Shown here: positions 33,431 through 43,584 of the stretch, piece by piece
Layout of the letters: the number at the start of each line of letters is the position of its first letter
Position numbering within the stretch: the stretch's first letter is position 1
Source of the DNA: Candidatus Bathyarchaeota archaeon
GTDB lineage: Archaea > Thermoproteota > Bathyarchaeia > Bathyarchaeales > Bathycorpusculaceae
DNA length: 64,000 nt
Assembly: GCA_963775685.1 (NCBI GenBank)
Contig: CAVZJV010000014.1
Span: 2,403,401 to 2,467,400, forward strand
Direction: 5' to 3'
The notes under the pieces: model-generated
Told to the model about the DNA's origin: nothing
Database searches by the model: none
The model's input: only the letters and a program-made list of their open reading frames with translations
Position numbers and translations under genes: made by a program

Positions 33431-35836
33431 TTATGGTCTTTTGGTCAGAGTAAAGTTATCCTTGTTAAACACGTATTCGTCATATTTTGATGAGTAGTAA
33501 AGTCTCAGGTATTCCGCGGCAAACCTTGGTTGGAAGGGCAGGTCATGTGGCAACAGCTTTTCTTTCTGTTTGAGCTGTTCTTCAATGGCTGCTTTGGCCA
33601 AGGGGTAGTTGAGAAGGAACTCTTTGCGTTCACTGTAAACAGCCAGCGTCTGGACTGCTTCGTCCACGTATGAGAGGTACTGGGGTAGTTTCTCCATTAT
33701 TTGATTTATCTTGTATTTGGAAGGGTTACCGAGAATTTCGGTTGCTATCTTGAGCTGACTACGCAATGTGCTGTTTTTCTCCCATAGATAATCTTTGGTA
33801 GGTAATAGGCGGTCGATTGCTTCTTCATTGCTGACTATTCCAGCGTTCAAAATAGATAGGACATCGTTAGCCATGTCTATGGACCCTTGAATATCATCTT
33901 TCAACGTGACGACATCTAAAAGGTCCAACGCAGCTTTTTCCGCTCTCTTCGCCGCGATAGCCTTCATTGCCTCAGCTTTCTGGGCGTAGCCGAGAACTTT
34001 GAGTGTTTGTTCACCGAAAACAGGCGGCAATTTCTCGCTTTGGCTGTTCAGGTTGGCAATGGGCGACAAGGATGTTTGGAGATACCGCATAGAAACTTGG
34101 ATGTCCTTGCCATACTGCCGCTTCCAATTGTTGAGCGCATTATACAGTGCCTCTATGGCTATCCATGGGGATTCTTTGCTGTTGAGTTTTTCTGTGGCAA
34201 ATTCTGCGGCTCGGCATTTTTCTGGAAGAGATGGGTCGTAGAGGGGTCTTATTATGTCGTAGATTGGATCTGCGACTGCAATTACTTCTTTGGTTAGGTC
34301 TCTGCTTGTCTCTAGTACTTGTTTGATGGCTTCGATTCTTTGTTCTATCGGCATCTCTTTTTGATATGGGGTGTTTAAGGTGGTTTTGATGGGTAAGCCG
34401 GCGGTTTTGAGTTTTCCTGCCCAATTCGAATACTCGCATGAAGCGAAAACTTGGTACTCTGACAGGATAGCGTTGAGTTCGGCTTCTAAGGCCCCGTTTT
34501 CTTTGTCAATCCTGTCTAAGCCCTCGAACTGGTAATCCAATTCTTCTTGCTCATAAACACGCTTTTCCGCGTTCCTAAGGGTTTCTCCAATTGAATCTTT
34601 AATTATGAGCATTTTTCCCTCAGGACTGCTAACTATGACCGGAATGTTGTCTTTGACGTTGGCCAGATGCCCTTCGAAAACGAGCACTTTGTTCAATAGT
34701 GCACGTGCTTTTTCAGTGATTTCTTGGTTCGAAGCCCTCTTCTTTGGTGTATAGTCCATGAAGGCAACAGGTAGGGTAAAGAGAAGCGTGGCAAAAATGC
34801 CCAGCACCATCGTTACTCCACTGACATCCGCGGTGAAAGCTAAGGGCGCCTGAAGTGAACTTAGGAGGATGAAGAATAATGCAGCCGCGATGGTGGCGGT
34901 GAAGCAAGGGAAAAGTCTGTCGCCGCTACCGATTAAACCTTCTTTAACTAGAACTCTTGTGAAGAAAATAAGTGTCAAAGCAAGCCCCACTACAACGACT
35001 ACGAACATCAGTATACCCGGGATAGAATCTCTGTATTGCGTGACTGCGTCACCGATGGTACGACCTTGCCAGTCTGGATTCCATGTTGTCTGACCCGCAA
35101 TGTCATAGATTACTTGTGACAAATCGTAGAGTCGGAACTGACTCATGGAGGCGCTTAAGTCTTTGGCAATTGAAGTTAAAGGCACTAGCAACGGTGGAGC
35201 TGAACCGGGTTCAAGCCACCAATCGGAGCGTACAATAGGCAAAACTGTGTATTGATAATACTGCATGATTTGCAGTGGCACTGAAAGCAGGACGTAGTAG
35301 ACGACTGTGAAGCTGACATATTTCTTGAAGAACACCGCTGAAGCCAAAATCAACGGGATAGCCAGAAAATAAGTGGGAGCAAAAAAGAGAGCAGTGACCG
35401 CAAGTATCCCAAAATCGATTGCTATAGCGCTCTTGTAACGGTTAGAAGTCAGGGGCAAAACAATAAATAATGTGAGCCAAGCAACGATAAACGCCACTCG
35501 GACTGGTGTGTCCCCGATAAAGGAGATAAATTTAAGTTGGGCCAAATGGGACATCAACCCAAATCCGATGACAGCCCCGCCAACAGGCATCCCTAATCGT
35601 GGTTTCTGGTACACAACAAACGCCACAAGAATCGCTAAAAAGATAGGTAGAGGTTGTGGAAAAAGTGGTAGATATGACATACCAAGTCCCATGGCGATGG
35701 CGGTGAATAGGAAAGTTAGCCATTTAAGTGCGGAGGATTCAAGGTTACGATTTTGTTCTTCCTTCTCTTTTCTCTTCTGGTTTTGGGTCTTGAACCAGGA
35801 GTTTACATTAGAAATTTTAAGCGAGGGCTTCTTCAC
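33431..35836 (-). CDS. Large hypothetical protein: about 10 N-terminal TM helices plus a ~440-aa helical soluble domain
   Basis: Hydrophobic segments over aa ~35-360, then a long charged, helix-rich region. Divergent from the tubulin-like gene. Confidence 0.75.
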   Translation of the reverse strand: MKKPSLKISNVNSWFKTQNQKRKEKEEQNRNLESSALKWLTFLFTAIAMGLGMSYLPLFPQPLPIFLAILVAFVVYQKPRLGMPVGGAVIGFGLMSHLAQLKFISFIGDTPVRVAFIVAWLTLFIVLPLTSNRYKSAIAIDFGILAVTALFFAPTYFLAIPLILASAVFFKKYVSFTVVYYVLLSVPLQIMQYYQYTVLPIVRSDWWLEPGSAPPLLVPLTSIAKDLSASMSQFRLYDLSQVIYDIAGQTTWNPDWQGRTIGDAVTQYRDSIPGILMFVVVVVGLALTLIFFTRVLVKEGLIGSGDRLFPCFTATIAAALFFILLSSLQAPLAFTADVSGVTMVLGIFATLLFTLPVAFMDYTPKKRASNQEITEKARALLNKVLVFEGHLANVKDNIPVIVSSPEGKMLIIKDSIGETLRNAEKRVYEQEELDYQFEGLDRIDKENGALEAELNAILSEYQVFASCEYSNWAGKLKTAGLPIKTTLNTPYQKEMPIEQRIEAIKQVLETSRDLTKEVIAVADPIYDIIRPLYDPSLPEKCRAAEFATEKLNSKESPWIAIEALYNALNNWKRQYGKDIQVSMRYLQTSLSPIANLNSQSEKLPPVFGEQTLKVLGYAQKAEAMKAIAAKRAEKAALDLLDVVTLKDDIQGSIDMANDVLSILNAGIVSNEEAIDRLLPTKDYLWEKNSTLRSQLKIATEILGNPSKYKINQIMEKLPQYLSYVDEAVQTLAVYSERKEFLLNYPLAKAAIEEQLKQKEKLLPHDLPFQPRFAAEYLRLYYSSKYDEYVFNKDNFTLTKRP

Positions 35837-35900
35837 GCAATCAACTACCTAAAGCCTTATTTTAGGTAAACTCTTCTTAAAGTTTATGTAGGTACCTCGG

Positions 35901-37427
35901 ATGAAAGATGGCAAAGGCGTTTTTGACGTACTTGCAAGTATAGAAAGGCATATTTCAGCTCTAAAGCCGTTATTGCCAAAACAAGCTTTAGTTTGCATCG
36001 GCGAATACCCGATAAAAATTCTGCTAAAAGAACCTGGTTTAAGCAATGAAGTCACCTTTCCAATTTTGGTTGAAAAGTCAAGCAGTGACATATACAAGTG
36101 GCTCCCAAAAGGATACCACACACATTTAATTTTGGGATTTGAAGAGAAGCACATCGATTCCCATTTCTGGTACAACGTTGTGCCAACCATCATGAAGGAT
36201 GATTCAGTTATTGAAAGTTTACAGAGAAAATCTGCTGAAAAACTTCGTGGAGCGGTAATTTTTTCGTCGATTTGGGATGGTATAGGCAGCGCCGTTCTGC
36301 CAGCCCTGATAAGTAAATTCAAAGCCGCGAACATGGATTCGTTTTCCATAGCGGTATTGCCCTCAAAAATACAGCCATCGGATGCCATCTTCAACGCTTA
36401 TGCCGCATTAAAAATATGTTCAGTCACTGACGGTGCAACAGTTTTGCTTATGGGCAGAGATCAAGTGGAAAGCTACGAGGGCGTTAACAGAGAAGGTGAA
36501 TCAATTAAGGGAAACATGGTTGCCAACTATCTTTTGAACCTGTTTTTAGCCAAAGACTCCCTTGTAGAGGAAATCTCCGAGTTATCTAGGACCTTTGACA
36601 TTAGACTGTTTGCACCTATCGTAGTTACTGGCGCAAGCTACAATATTTACGGCTCTATAGAAAACATGTTAAATACCGCGATGTTGAAACCTTTCTTAAC
36701 GTTTGATTTGTCCACCGCATCGCTTCTATATGTTGTTTTGCGAATGCCCATAAGCCTAAAAGAGAAGCTTCCACGGGGAAAAATTGAGTTAGCGATAACA
36801 AACTGGTTTAAGGAAAAAACAACCCTTCAATCAATCTACTTAACTGAGCCCATCTATACCGAAGACATGACTGACCGAATAGATGCCGTGTTATTTGTCG
36901 GCGGCTTCGATGTCAGCAAGATGCTAATTGATTTGGAGCAGAAAGTTTTGCCCCTAAAAACTAAGGCAGTAGAAAAAGGTTTCATGACTACAGATGGATC
37001 CTTTGTCATTAAAATTGAAGAAAAAAACGTCGATGCACCGACCTTTATTGCGGAGCCACCGCAGATTATTGAGGAACCACAAAAAGAAAAGGCAGGTGTA
37101 AGTATGGAAACCCCAAAAGCGATCAATGTCCAGCCCAGGCCAACTGAAAATACATCCCCCATCAAGCCTTTGACAAAAGGTAAAGCTCCCAAAGACATTG
37201 CTGCTACAGAAAACGCAGGCGAAACCCAAACTGGCAAGGTACAGCCAGATGTTAACTCCGAAAAAGCAGCAGGACTAAAACCCATTGAAAAACCAAGGAG
37301 AACGCGTCGAACAAAAAAAGTAGAGCCGCCTCCATCGATCAAGGAAGGAAAAGGAAAAACACAACAGACTCTAACCAAACCAAAGCGCACGCCAAGAACT
37401 AAAAAGCCGCGGAATAAACCTGATTAA
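35901..37427 (+). CDS. Highly divergent tubulin/FtsZ/CetZ-superfamily protein with a basic low-complexity tail
   Basis: FtsZ-like elements in order: LVCIGEYP (T1), IFSSIWDGIGSAVLPAL (T4 GGGTGSG position), SIAVLP (T5), NAYAAL, VLLMGRD (T6), VEEISEL (T7), AMLKPFLTFDLSTASLLYVVL and IDAVLFVGG (C-domain). Confidence 0.65.
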   Translation: MKDGKGVFDVLASIERHISALKPLLPKQALVCIGEYPIKILLKEPGLSNEVTFPILVEKSSSDIYKWLPKGYHTHLILGFEEKHIDSHFWYNVVPTIMKDDSVIESLQRKSAEKLRGAVIFSSIWDGIGSAVLPALISKFKAANMDSFSIAVLPSKIQPSDAIFNAYAALKICSVTDGATVLLMGRDQVESYEGVNREGESIKGNMVANYLLNLFLAKDSLVEEISELSRTFDIRLFAPIVVTGASYNIYGSIENMLNTAMLKPFLTFDLSTASLLYVVLRMPISLKEKLPRGKIELAITNWFKEKTTLQSIYLTEPIYTEDMTDRIDAVLFVGGFDVSKMLIDLEQKVLPLKTKAVEKGFMTTDGSFVIKIEEKNVDAPTFIAEPPQIIEEPQKEKAGVSMETPKAINVQPRPTENTSPIKPLTKGKAPKDIAATENAGETQTGKVQPDVNSEKAAGLKPIEKPRRTRRTKKVEPPPSIKEGKGKTQQTLTKPKRTPRTKKPRNKPD

Positions 37428-37535
37428 AACAAAGTTCGCTCCGAGCATATCACCAAGTACGGGATCTTTGACCTAAAAAGGACACCTATAAAAGAGTGAA
37501 AAACAATCATTGCCTACATCAAAAGACGGATAAAC

Positions 37536-37868
37536 ATGACTGAACAACCAAACGAACAAAACAGCCAGATCCAAATAGAGAAACTTTTAATCGATGACCT
37601 CTCAAATTTTCAATTCCATGCCGCCTACGTTGTTTATGATGAATCATTTGACAAGGTAAGCGACGCCCAATCAAAAGAGGAATTGAACCGAAATATTCAA
37701 GATTTGAAAGATAACAAGATATCGCCTGAAACATTCTATGGAAACGTCTCTCGTTACCGGAAGATGGATGTTCCACGGCAAGAAAGATTTTCTATGCAGA
37801 CGCAGCGAAAAAAGGATTGGCGCAAGAAAACGCAACGTCAAGAGAGAATTAAAAGACACAAAAAATAG
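37536..37868 (+). CDS. Hypothetical protein with a basic C-terminus
   Basis: 110-aa ORF with ATG, acidic N-terminal half and K/R-rich end. Confidence 0.65.
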   Translation: MTEQPNEQNSQIQIEKLLIDDLSNFQFHAAYVVYDESFDKVSDAQSKEELNRNIQDLKDNKISPETFYGNVSRYRKMDVPRQERFSMQTQRKKDWRKKTQRQERIKRHKK

Positions 37869-38099
37869 TTTAGTGTTTTCTTTCTATTATTGTACTTTCA
37901 AGTTTAAGCTCACGGGGTACCCATCATCAATATGCACCTAAAACGAATTAACATGGACCCCTGCTAAATTAATAAAAGTTAATGCAAAACAATCAAACAA
38001 ACGAAGCTTTTTAGTCTAAACATGTATAAACATTATAAACGGAATCCTTAATTGCAACACGTTATCTGAAAGTTAAACTTAAGTTCAAAGGGATAACGA

Positions 38100-38630
38100 T
38101 TGAAAACTCAAGATATTGCAGTTATCGGTATATGTGCAGCGCTTTATGCTATTGTCGGAATCCTAACAGCAAACGTAAGTTTTTTTGGCATCGGTTTTCT
38201 ACCAGCAGTCGTTATACCAGCAGTTTTTGCAGTATTATATGGCCCCTGGGTTGGCGGAATCAGTGGAATATTAGGCATCTTCATTAGAGACATGTTCGTT
38301 CATGGAAATGCCGCCTTAAGTCTTGCAGCCGGTGTACCACCGAACTTCATACTTTTCTTTCTTATCGGCTACATTTCACACAGAAACATAAGCCTAAAAC
38401 AAGCTATCGTAGGAGTAATGGTGGTGGCCTTTGGGCTTCTAGCGCCCACGATTATTCTTCTTCCAGATATCACAGCCTATACCGGATTATCAACCGAAAT
38501 ATTCGTCATATCTTTCACACTAACAGTTATTCTGAGTCTTGCCGTGATTGCTGCGGTTGTAATTCGCTGGAAAGAGTGGAGAAGTTATGCTATTGCAGCT
38601 GTAGTTGGGCAAGCCTTAGGAGCCGGTTTA
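38100..38630 (+). CDS. ECF transporter S-component-like membrane protein, 3'-truncated at the junction
   Basis: IAVIGICAALYA, PAVVIPAVFAVLYGPWVGG..G.FIRD. After AGL (38630) the reading frame continues into GC-rich antisense sequence of a bacterial gene. Confidence 0.8.
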
Positions 38631-38636
38631 CCGCTC
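38625..38636. other. Archaeal-to-bacterial junction (chimera breakpoint)
   Basis: Abrupt switch from AT-rich to very GC-rich sequence and codon usage. Both flanking genes are cut. Confidence 0.9.
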
Positions 38637-38783
38637 CGCGTCGCGCTGCTCCTTCAGGTTGTGGAATCCCCACTTCCAGCCCATCACCTCGATCTGCTTG
38701 ATGAACAGGTCGTCGGCCGCCTCGCCGACGACCGGGATCATGCTCGGGCGCACCAGGGAGAGATAAAGCTGTGCGTTGTCCAT
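38631..38783 (-). CDS. hcp: Hcp-family protein, N-terminal fragment truncated by the junction
   Basis: MDNAQLYLSLV...VVGEAADDLFIKQIEVMGWKWGF matches the Hcp N-terminal pattern 'YL...GES.D..H...IEV.sw.WG'. Confidence 0.65.
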
Positions 38784-38800
38784 ATCGCGGCGTGCCTCGT

Positions 38801-39409
38801 CTAGAAGTCGGTCGGATGCGACGAGTAGATGAACGGCGGCATCGGCACCGCGGCAGGTCCGACCGGCTTGACGTAGCTGATGCTGATCATCTTGAAGTTC
38901 AGCGTCACGGTCTCGACCAGCTCCGACATGTTGCCGTCCTGCTCGAGGTTGAGGTCGACGCTCTCGAAGTACCCGTCGGTGGCCAGCAGAATGAAGCCAG
39001 GCTTGTGCAGCCCGCCGACCACGTTGGCGACCGGGCTGGCCGCGCCCATCACGTCCCCGGCCGTGCCCTTGGGCAGCGCGCTCGGGCTGAAATGCAGGAC
39101 CGTGATCGACGCCGAAACGACCGGCACATGGTTGTCGAGGCAGGTGTGGATCATCGAGGAGGCGACGTCGAAGCGCTTGACGAACGTCAGCGGCTCCATC
39201 TCGATCGGCACGTTCTTGCTGACGCCCAGTGCGCTCTTCAGCCCCCCGAGACCGAAACCCGCACCGGCCTGATCGGCCACCGTGCGTGCACCCATGCCCC
39301 AATCGAAGCCGCGCAGCTCGATCGAGCCTTCCCAGCCATCGAGCAGGCCCTCACCGAGCACCGGCCCGGTCGCCGTGATCAGCTGCAAGTAGATGTTCGA
39401 CCAGCTCAT
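38801..39409 (-). CDS. hcp: Divergent Hcp-family T6SS tube protein with internal insertions
   Basis: IYLQL...VLGEG...GSIELRGFDWGM, LTFVKRFDVASS, ETVTLNFKMISISY. Confidence 0.8.
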   Translation of the reverse strand: MSWSNIYLQLITATGPVLGEGLLDGWEGSIELRGFDWGMGARTVADQAGAGFGLGGLKSALGVSKNVPIEMEPLTFVKRFDVASSMIHTCLDNHVPVVSASITVLHFSPSALPKGTAGDVMGAASPVANVVGGLHKPGFILLATDGYFESVDLNLEQDGNMSELVETVTLNFKMISISYVKPVGPAAVPMPPFIYSSHPTDF

Positions 39410-39520
39410 TCGACTCCCTTCCGCGCTGCGGACGACACAGCGCGCCGAACCTTCTGCGGCACGGCGCGCTAGCCACCTTCGGGCCGCCCGCCCGCGGGCC
39501 GAGGCGGCGACTGCGGACGG

Positions 39521-40021
39521 TCAGGACGACGGCGACGCCGTGCCCGCCGGGATGTCCCAGTTGTAGGTCTTCACGGCACCGAGCTTGCCGGTCTTGTTGT
39601 CCTGCGGCTTGTACTCGATCTTGACGGTCTTGAAGACCATCTCGACCTTCTGCGTCACGCTGCCCTCTTCCGTGCCGCTGTTGCTGACCTTGGTGATGAA
39701 GGCGCCCTCCATCACCATCGTGAAGTAGGTTTCCGGGGTCGCGCTGCCCGTGGTCTTCATCATCTGCAACTCGACCTTCGGGAAGGCCTTGCCGGTACAG
39801 ATGTATCCCATGATCACCGTCGACGAGGTGTCGAAGTAGTGCTCCCAGTTCATCTTGCCGGGGTTCGGCTTGCCGACGCTGGCGCCGCCGCCCTTGGTCC
39901 AGCTGGTCTCAGCCTCGATTTCCCAGTCCCAGCCCTGAATCTCGATCCACTTCTCCTTGCCCTTCTGGATCGACTCGCCGTCGCCCTTGTCGAAGAAGCT
40001 CAGAAACGCATTGACTGGCAT
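39521..40021 (-). CDS. hcp: T6SS tube protein Hcp (TssD)
   Basis: GESIQKGKEKWIEIQGWDW, GGGASVGK, FKTVKIEYKPQ ... WDI. Confidence 0.92.
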   Translation of the reverse strand: MPVNAFLSFFDKGDGESIQKGKEKWIEIQGWDWEIEAETSWTKGGGASVGKPNPGKMNWEHYFDTSSTVIMGYICTGKAFPKVELQMMKTTGSATPETYFTMVMEGAFITKVSNSGTEEGSVTQKVEMVFKTVKIEYKPQDNKTGKLGAVKTYNWDIPAGTASPSS

Positions 40022-40075
40022 GATTCACTCTCCTGTTTCAGTGTCAGATTCCGCCGCCGCGCCGCGGGGCTGGGG

Positions 40076-41580
40076 TCAGTTGGACGACTTCTCCGACGGT
40101 AGCTTGGAGACCAGCCGCAGCGACACCGTCAGGCCTTCGAGCTGGTAGTGCGGCGCAGGAAGAACTTGGACTGTAGTAGCCGGGATTGCCCTCGATCTCC
40201 TCGACCACGACCTCGGCCGCGGCGAGCGGCCGCTGCGCCTTGGTCTCCTCGCTCGAGTTCAGCGGGTCGCCGTCGACGTAGTTCATGATCCACTCGTTCA
40301 GCCAGTCCTGCATGTCGTCGCGCGCCTTGAACGAGCCGATCTTGTCGCGCACGATGCACTTCAGGTAGTGCGCGAAGCGGCAGCAGGCGAACAGATACGG
40401 CAGCCGCGCCGCCAGGTTGGCGTTGGCCGTGGCGTCCGGGTCGTCGTACTCCGGCGGCTTCTGCAGCGACTGGGCGCCGATGAAGGCGGCGAAGTCGGAG
40501 TTCTTGCGATGCACCAGCGGCATGAAGCCGTTCTTCGCCAGCTCGGCTTCGCGCCGGTCGCGAGATCGCGATCTCGGTCGGGCACTTCATGTCGACGCCG
40601 CCGTCGTCGGTCGGGAAGCGTATGGGTCGGCAGGCTCTCGACCGCGCCGCCCGACTCGATGCCGCGGATGCGCGAGCACCAGCCGTACATGCTTGAACGA
40701 GCGGTTGATGTTGGTCGCCATCGCGTAGGCGGCGTTGGCCCAGGCGTACTTGCTGTGGTCGGCGCCTTCGGTGTCCTCTTCGAAGTCGAACTCGTCGACC
40801 GGGTTGGTCTTGGCGCCGTAGGGCAGGCGCGCCAGGAAGCGCGGCATGCACAGGCCGATGTAGCGCGCGTCGTCCGACTCGCGCAGCGAGCGCCAGGCCG
40901 CGTACTCGGGCGTGCGTGAAGATCTTCGTCAGGTCGCGCGGGTTGGCCAGTTCCTGCCAGGACTCCATCTGCATCACGCGTCGGCGACGGCGCCGGCGAT
41001 GAACGGCGCGTGGGCGGCAGCGGCGATCTTGGCCATCTCGCCGAGCAGCTCGACGTCCGGCGGGGTGTGGTCGAAGTGGTAGTCGCCGACGAGGCAGCCG
41101 TACGGCTCGCCGCCGAACTGGCCGTACTCTTCTTCGTACAGCTTCTTGAAGATCGGGCTCTGGTCCCAGGCGGTGCCCTTGAATTTCTTGAGCGTCTTGC
41201 CGCAGATCCTTCTTGGAGACGTTCAGCACGCGGATCTTCAGCATCTCGTCGGTCTCGGTGTTGTTGACGAGGTGGTGCAGGCCGCGCCAGGCGCCCTCGA
41301 GCTGCTGGAAGTCGTCGTGGTGCAGGATCAGGTTGACCTGCTCGGTGAGCTTCTTGTCGATCGCGGCGATCATCGCCTCGATCGCTGCGGATCGCGTCGT
41401 CGGAGATGATCTGCGGTGTTCGCCAGCGCCTGCTGGGCCAGCGTCTGCACGGCCTGTCTCGACCGCCGTCTTCGCCTCGTCGGTCTTGGGCTTGAATTCC
41501 TTCTTCAGCAGCGAGGCGAAATCGCTGCCTTCCAACGTGACGCCGGCGAGTGCCGAGCCTTGCTTTTCGAGTTCAGCCAT
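40076..41580 (-). CDS. tssC: T6SS sheath large subunit TssC/VipB (several frameshifts)
   Basis: Fragments across frames: [64 protein letters not shown]. Stop at 40076. Confidence 0.93.
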
Positions 41581-41619
41581 GCGAATTGCTCCGATTCAGT
41601 GGTTGCGCGCGCGTGCCGA

Positions 41620-42115
41620 TCATTCCTGCGGCTTGGCCTCGGCGCGACAGCGATGCAAGCAGCGCGGGGTCCGTTCAGCACCTTGGCGATCAGGTCCTCC
41701 GCGCCGGTCTTGCCGTCCATGTAGGTGATCAGATTGGCGAGCTGGTGCGCGCCTCGAGCAGCTTGTTCAGGGCCTCGACCTTGCGCGCGACGGCGGCGGG
41801 CGAGAAGTCGTCCATGCTCTCGAACGTGATGTCGACCGTCAGGTTGCCCTCGCCGGTCAGCGTGTTGGGCACCGCGAACGCGACGCGCGGCTTCATCGAC
41901 TTCATGCGGTCGTCGAAGTTGTCGACGTCGATCTCGAGGAACTTGCGGTCGGCGACGGCCGGCAGCGGCTCGGCGGGCTTGCCGGACAGGTCGGCCATCA
42001 CGCCCATGACGAAGGGCAGCTGGACCTTCTTCTCGGCGCCGTAGAGCTCGACGTCGTACTCGATCTGCACGCGCGGCGCCCGGTTGCGCGCGATGAACTT
42101 CTGACTGCTGCCCAT
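41620..42115 (-). CDS. tssB: T6SS sheath small subunit TssB/VipA (frameshifted near the 3' end)
   Basis: MGSSQKFIARNRAPRVQIEYDVE...LPFVMGVMADLSG...DDFSP. AGGAG RBS. Confidence 0.95.
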
Positions 42116-42186
42116 GCTCACTCCTCAAGTGAAAGTCGCCGAGAGACCGCCTGCGGGCCCTGCGGGCCAGTCGGCAATCTTGCCAT

Positions 42187-43267
42187 TTAGTACGAGCCCC
42201 CGGAAGAAATCTCGTCCGACGAAACCCCCATGATGCGGGCCACCTGCTCGAGCGACTCGGGGGCGAGTTCGCGCACCAGCTCGAGAAAGTTCTTGTCGAC
42301 CAGCTTGCGCGCCCGGCGCAGGAAGAACTGGGCCGGGTTGGTCGGCTCGGTGCGCTCGAGATAGGCGCAGACAAGGTCGATCGCGCGCAGCGCGTCCTCG
42401 CGCGACTCGACGGAGCCAGCCAGACCACCCCCGCGGCCCCCGCCCCGGCGCACCGCCGGCGCGGCGGAGCCGCTGTCGTCCGCCCCGTCGTCGAAACCAC
42501 TGGACCCATCGTCGGCCATCGACCCCTGGTCGCCCGGCATCAGCCCCTGGATCGCCTTCACGAGCGCGATCAGCGGCTGCAGGTCCGGCGCGCTGCCATA
42601 GCCGACGCGCTCGCTCATCAGCGCGTTGATCTTCTCGAGGTACGCCGCAGCCCGCGCCGGGAACAGCCGCAGCGGCGGGATCGTCCGCAGCGACCTCGCT
42701 GAGCATCTGCTCGATCTGCGCGCTCCCCATCTGGGAATCGCCGTCGCGCGGCTCCAGCATGCCGAGCGCCACCTCGATGTCCCGCCCACGGAGCTCGCCA
42801 ACGGCGCGGTTCGAGACGATCGCCCCGTTGCGCATGTCGCCGAGCAGGCCGGCCACGCTGGCCATGTCGTTGAGCGCATTCACCCGCGCGTAGGCATCGC
42901 CGTCGTCCGGCCGCGGATGCACGTCGTCCCAATAGCGGTCGAGCAGGCCGTGGATCAGGCGGAAGCTGTCGGCCAGCGTCGCCGCGCTCTCCAGATACAC
43001 CTGCGCGCGCGCCCAGTAGATCGCGACGCGGACGTCCCGGGTGCGCTCGAAGAGGCTCTCGGCCAGCCGCTGGACGCTGCGCCAGTCGGGCGGTACGGCG
43101 TCCTTGTCATCGGAGAACTGCGTGCCGGGTTTGCCCGCCGCAGCCTGGGTCATCTCCAGGAAGTCGTTGTCCCACTCGAGGTCTTCGCCGCAGGGAGGAT
43201 CGCCAAGCGGCTCGAGCCAGGTGTCGACGATCGTGGGCGGACCCGAGTTCTCGAGCTCGTCATCCAT
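42187..43267 (-). CDS. tssA: T6SS TssA (ImpA N-terminal domain), one frameshift near 42680
   Basis: WLEPL...PCGEDLEWD...PDW...RTRDVRV...WDDVHP, and C-terminal SREDALRAID...ERTEPTNP. Confidence 0.9.
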
Positions 43268-43584
43268 TGTTGTTCTCTGAGATGAGGACCTGCGACGCGG
43301 CAGACCCCCTGCGGCGCTCCCGGGCCTCCCAACGGGAGCGGCGGTTGTATAGCGCGGAGAAACGGTCGTCAAGTACACGCAGCCGGACCGATGGCCGCTT
43401 CACAACAGAGCTCCTGGAGCCAATCGCATGCGCGATGATCCGATGCGCCGCAGGGCAAGTCATCCCCCCTCAACAAGGGATTCATGCGCGGTCGAGGGGA
43501 TGGGCAATTCACGCGCCAAGCGCTACGCTCGCACGCCCGTCGGGACAGGCTGCGAACCGGCCAGAGACAAACGTTGGGGTGATC

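Noticed and set aside
38100-38804. 234-aa ORF as a genuine full-length or fusion protein
   Set aside because: The last ~57 codons are the antisense strand of the bacterial hcp-like gene, read through the chimeric junction.
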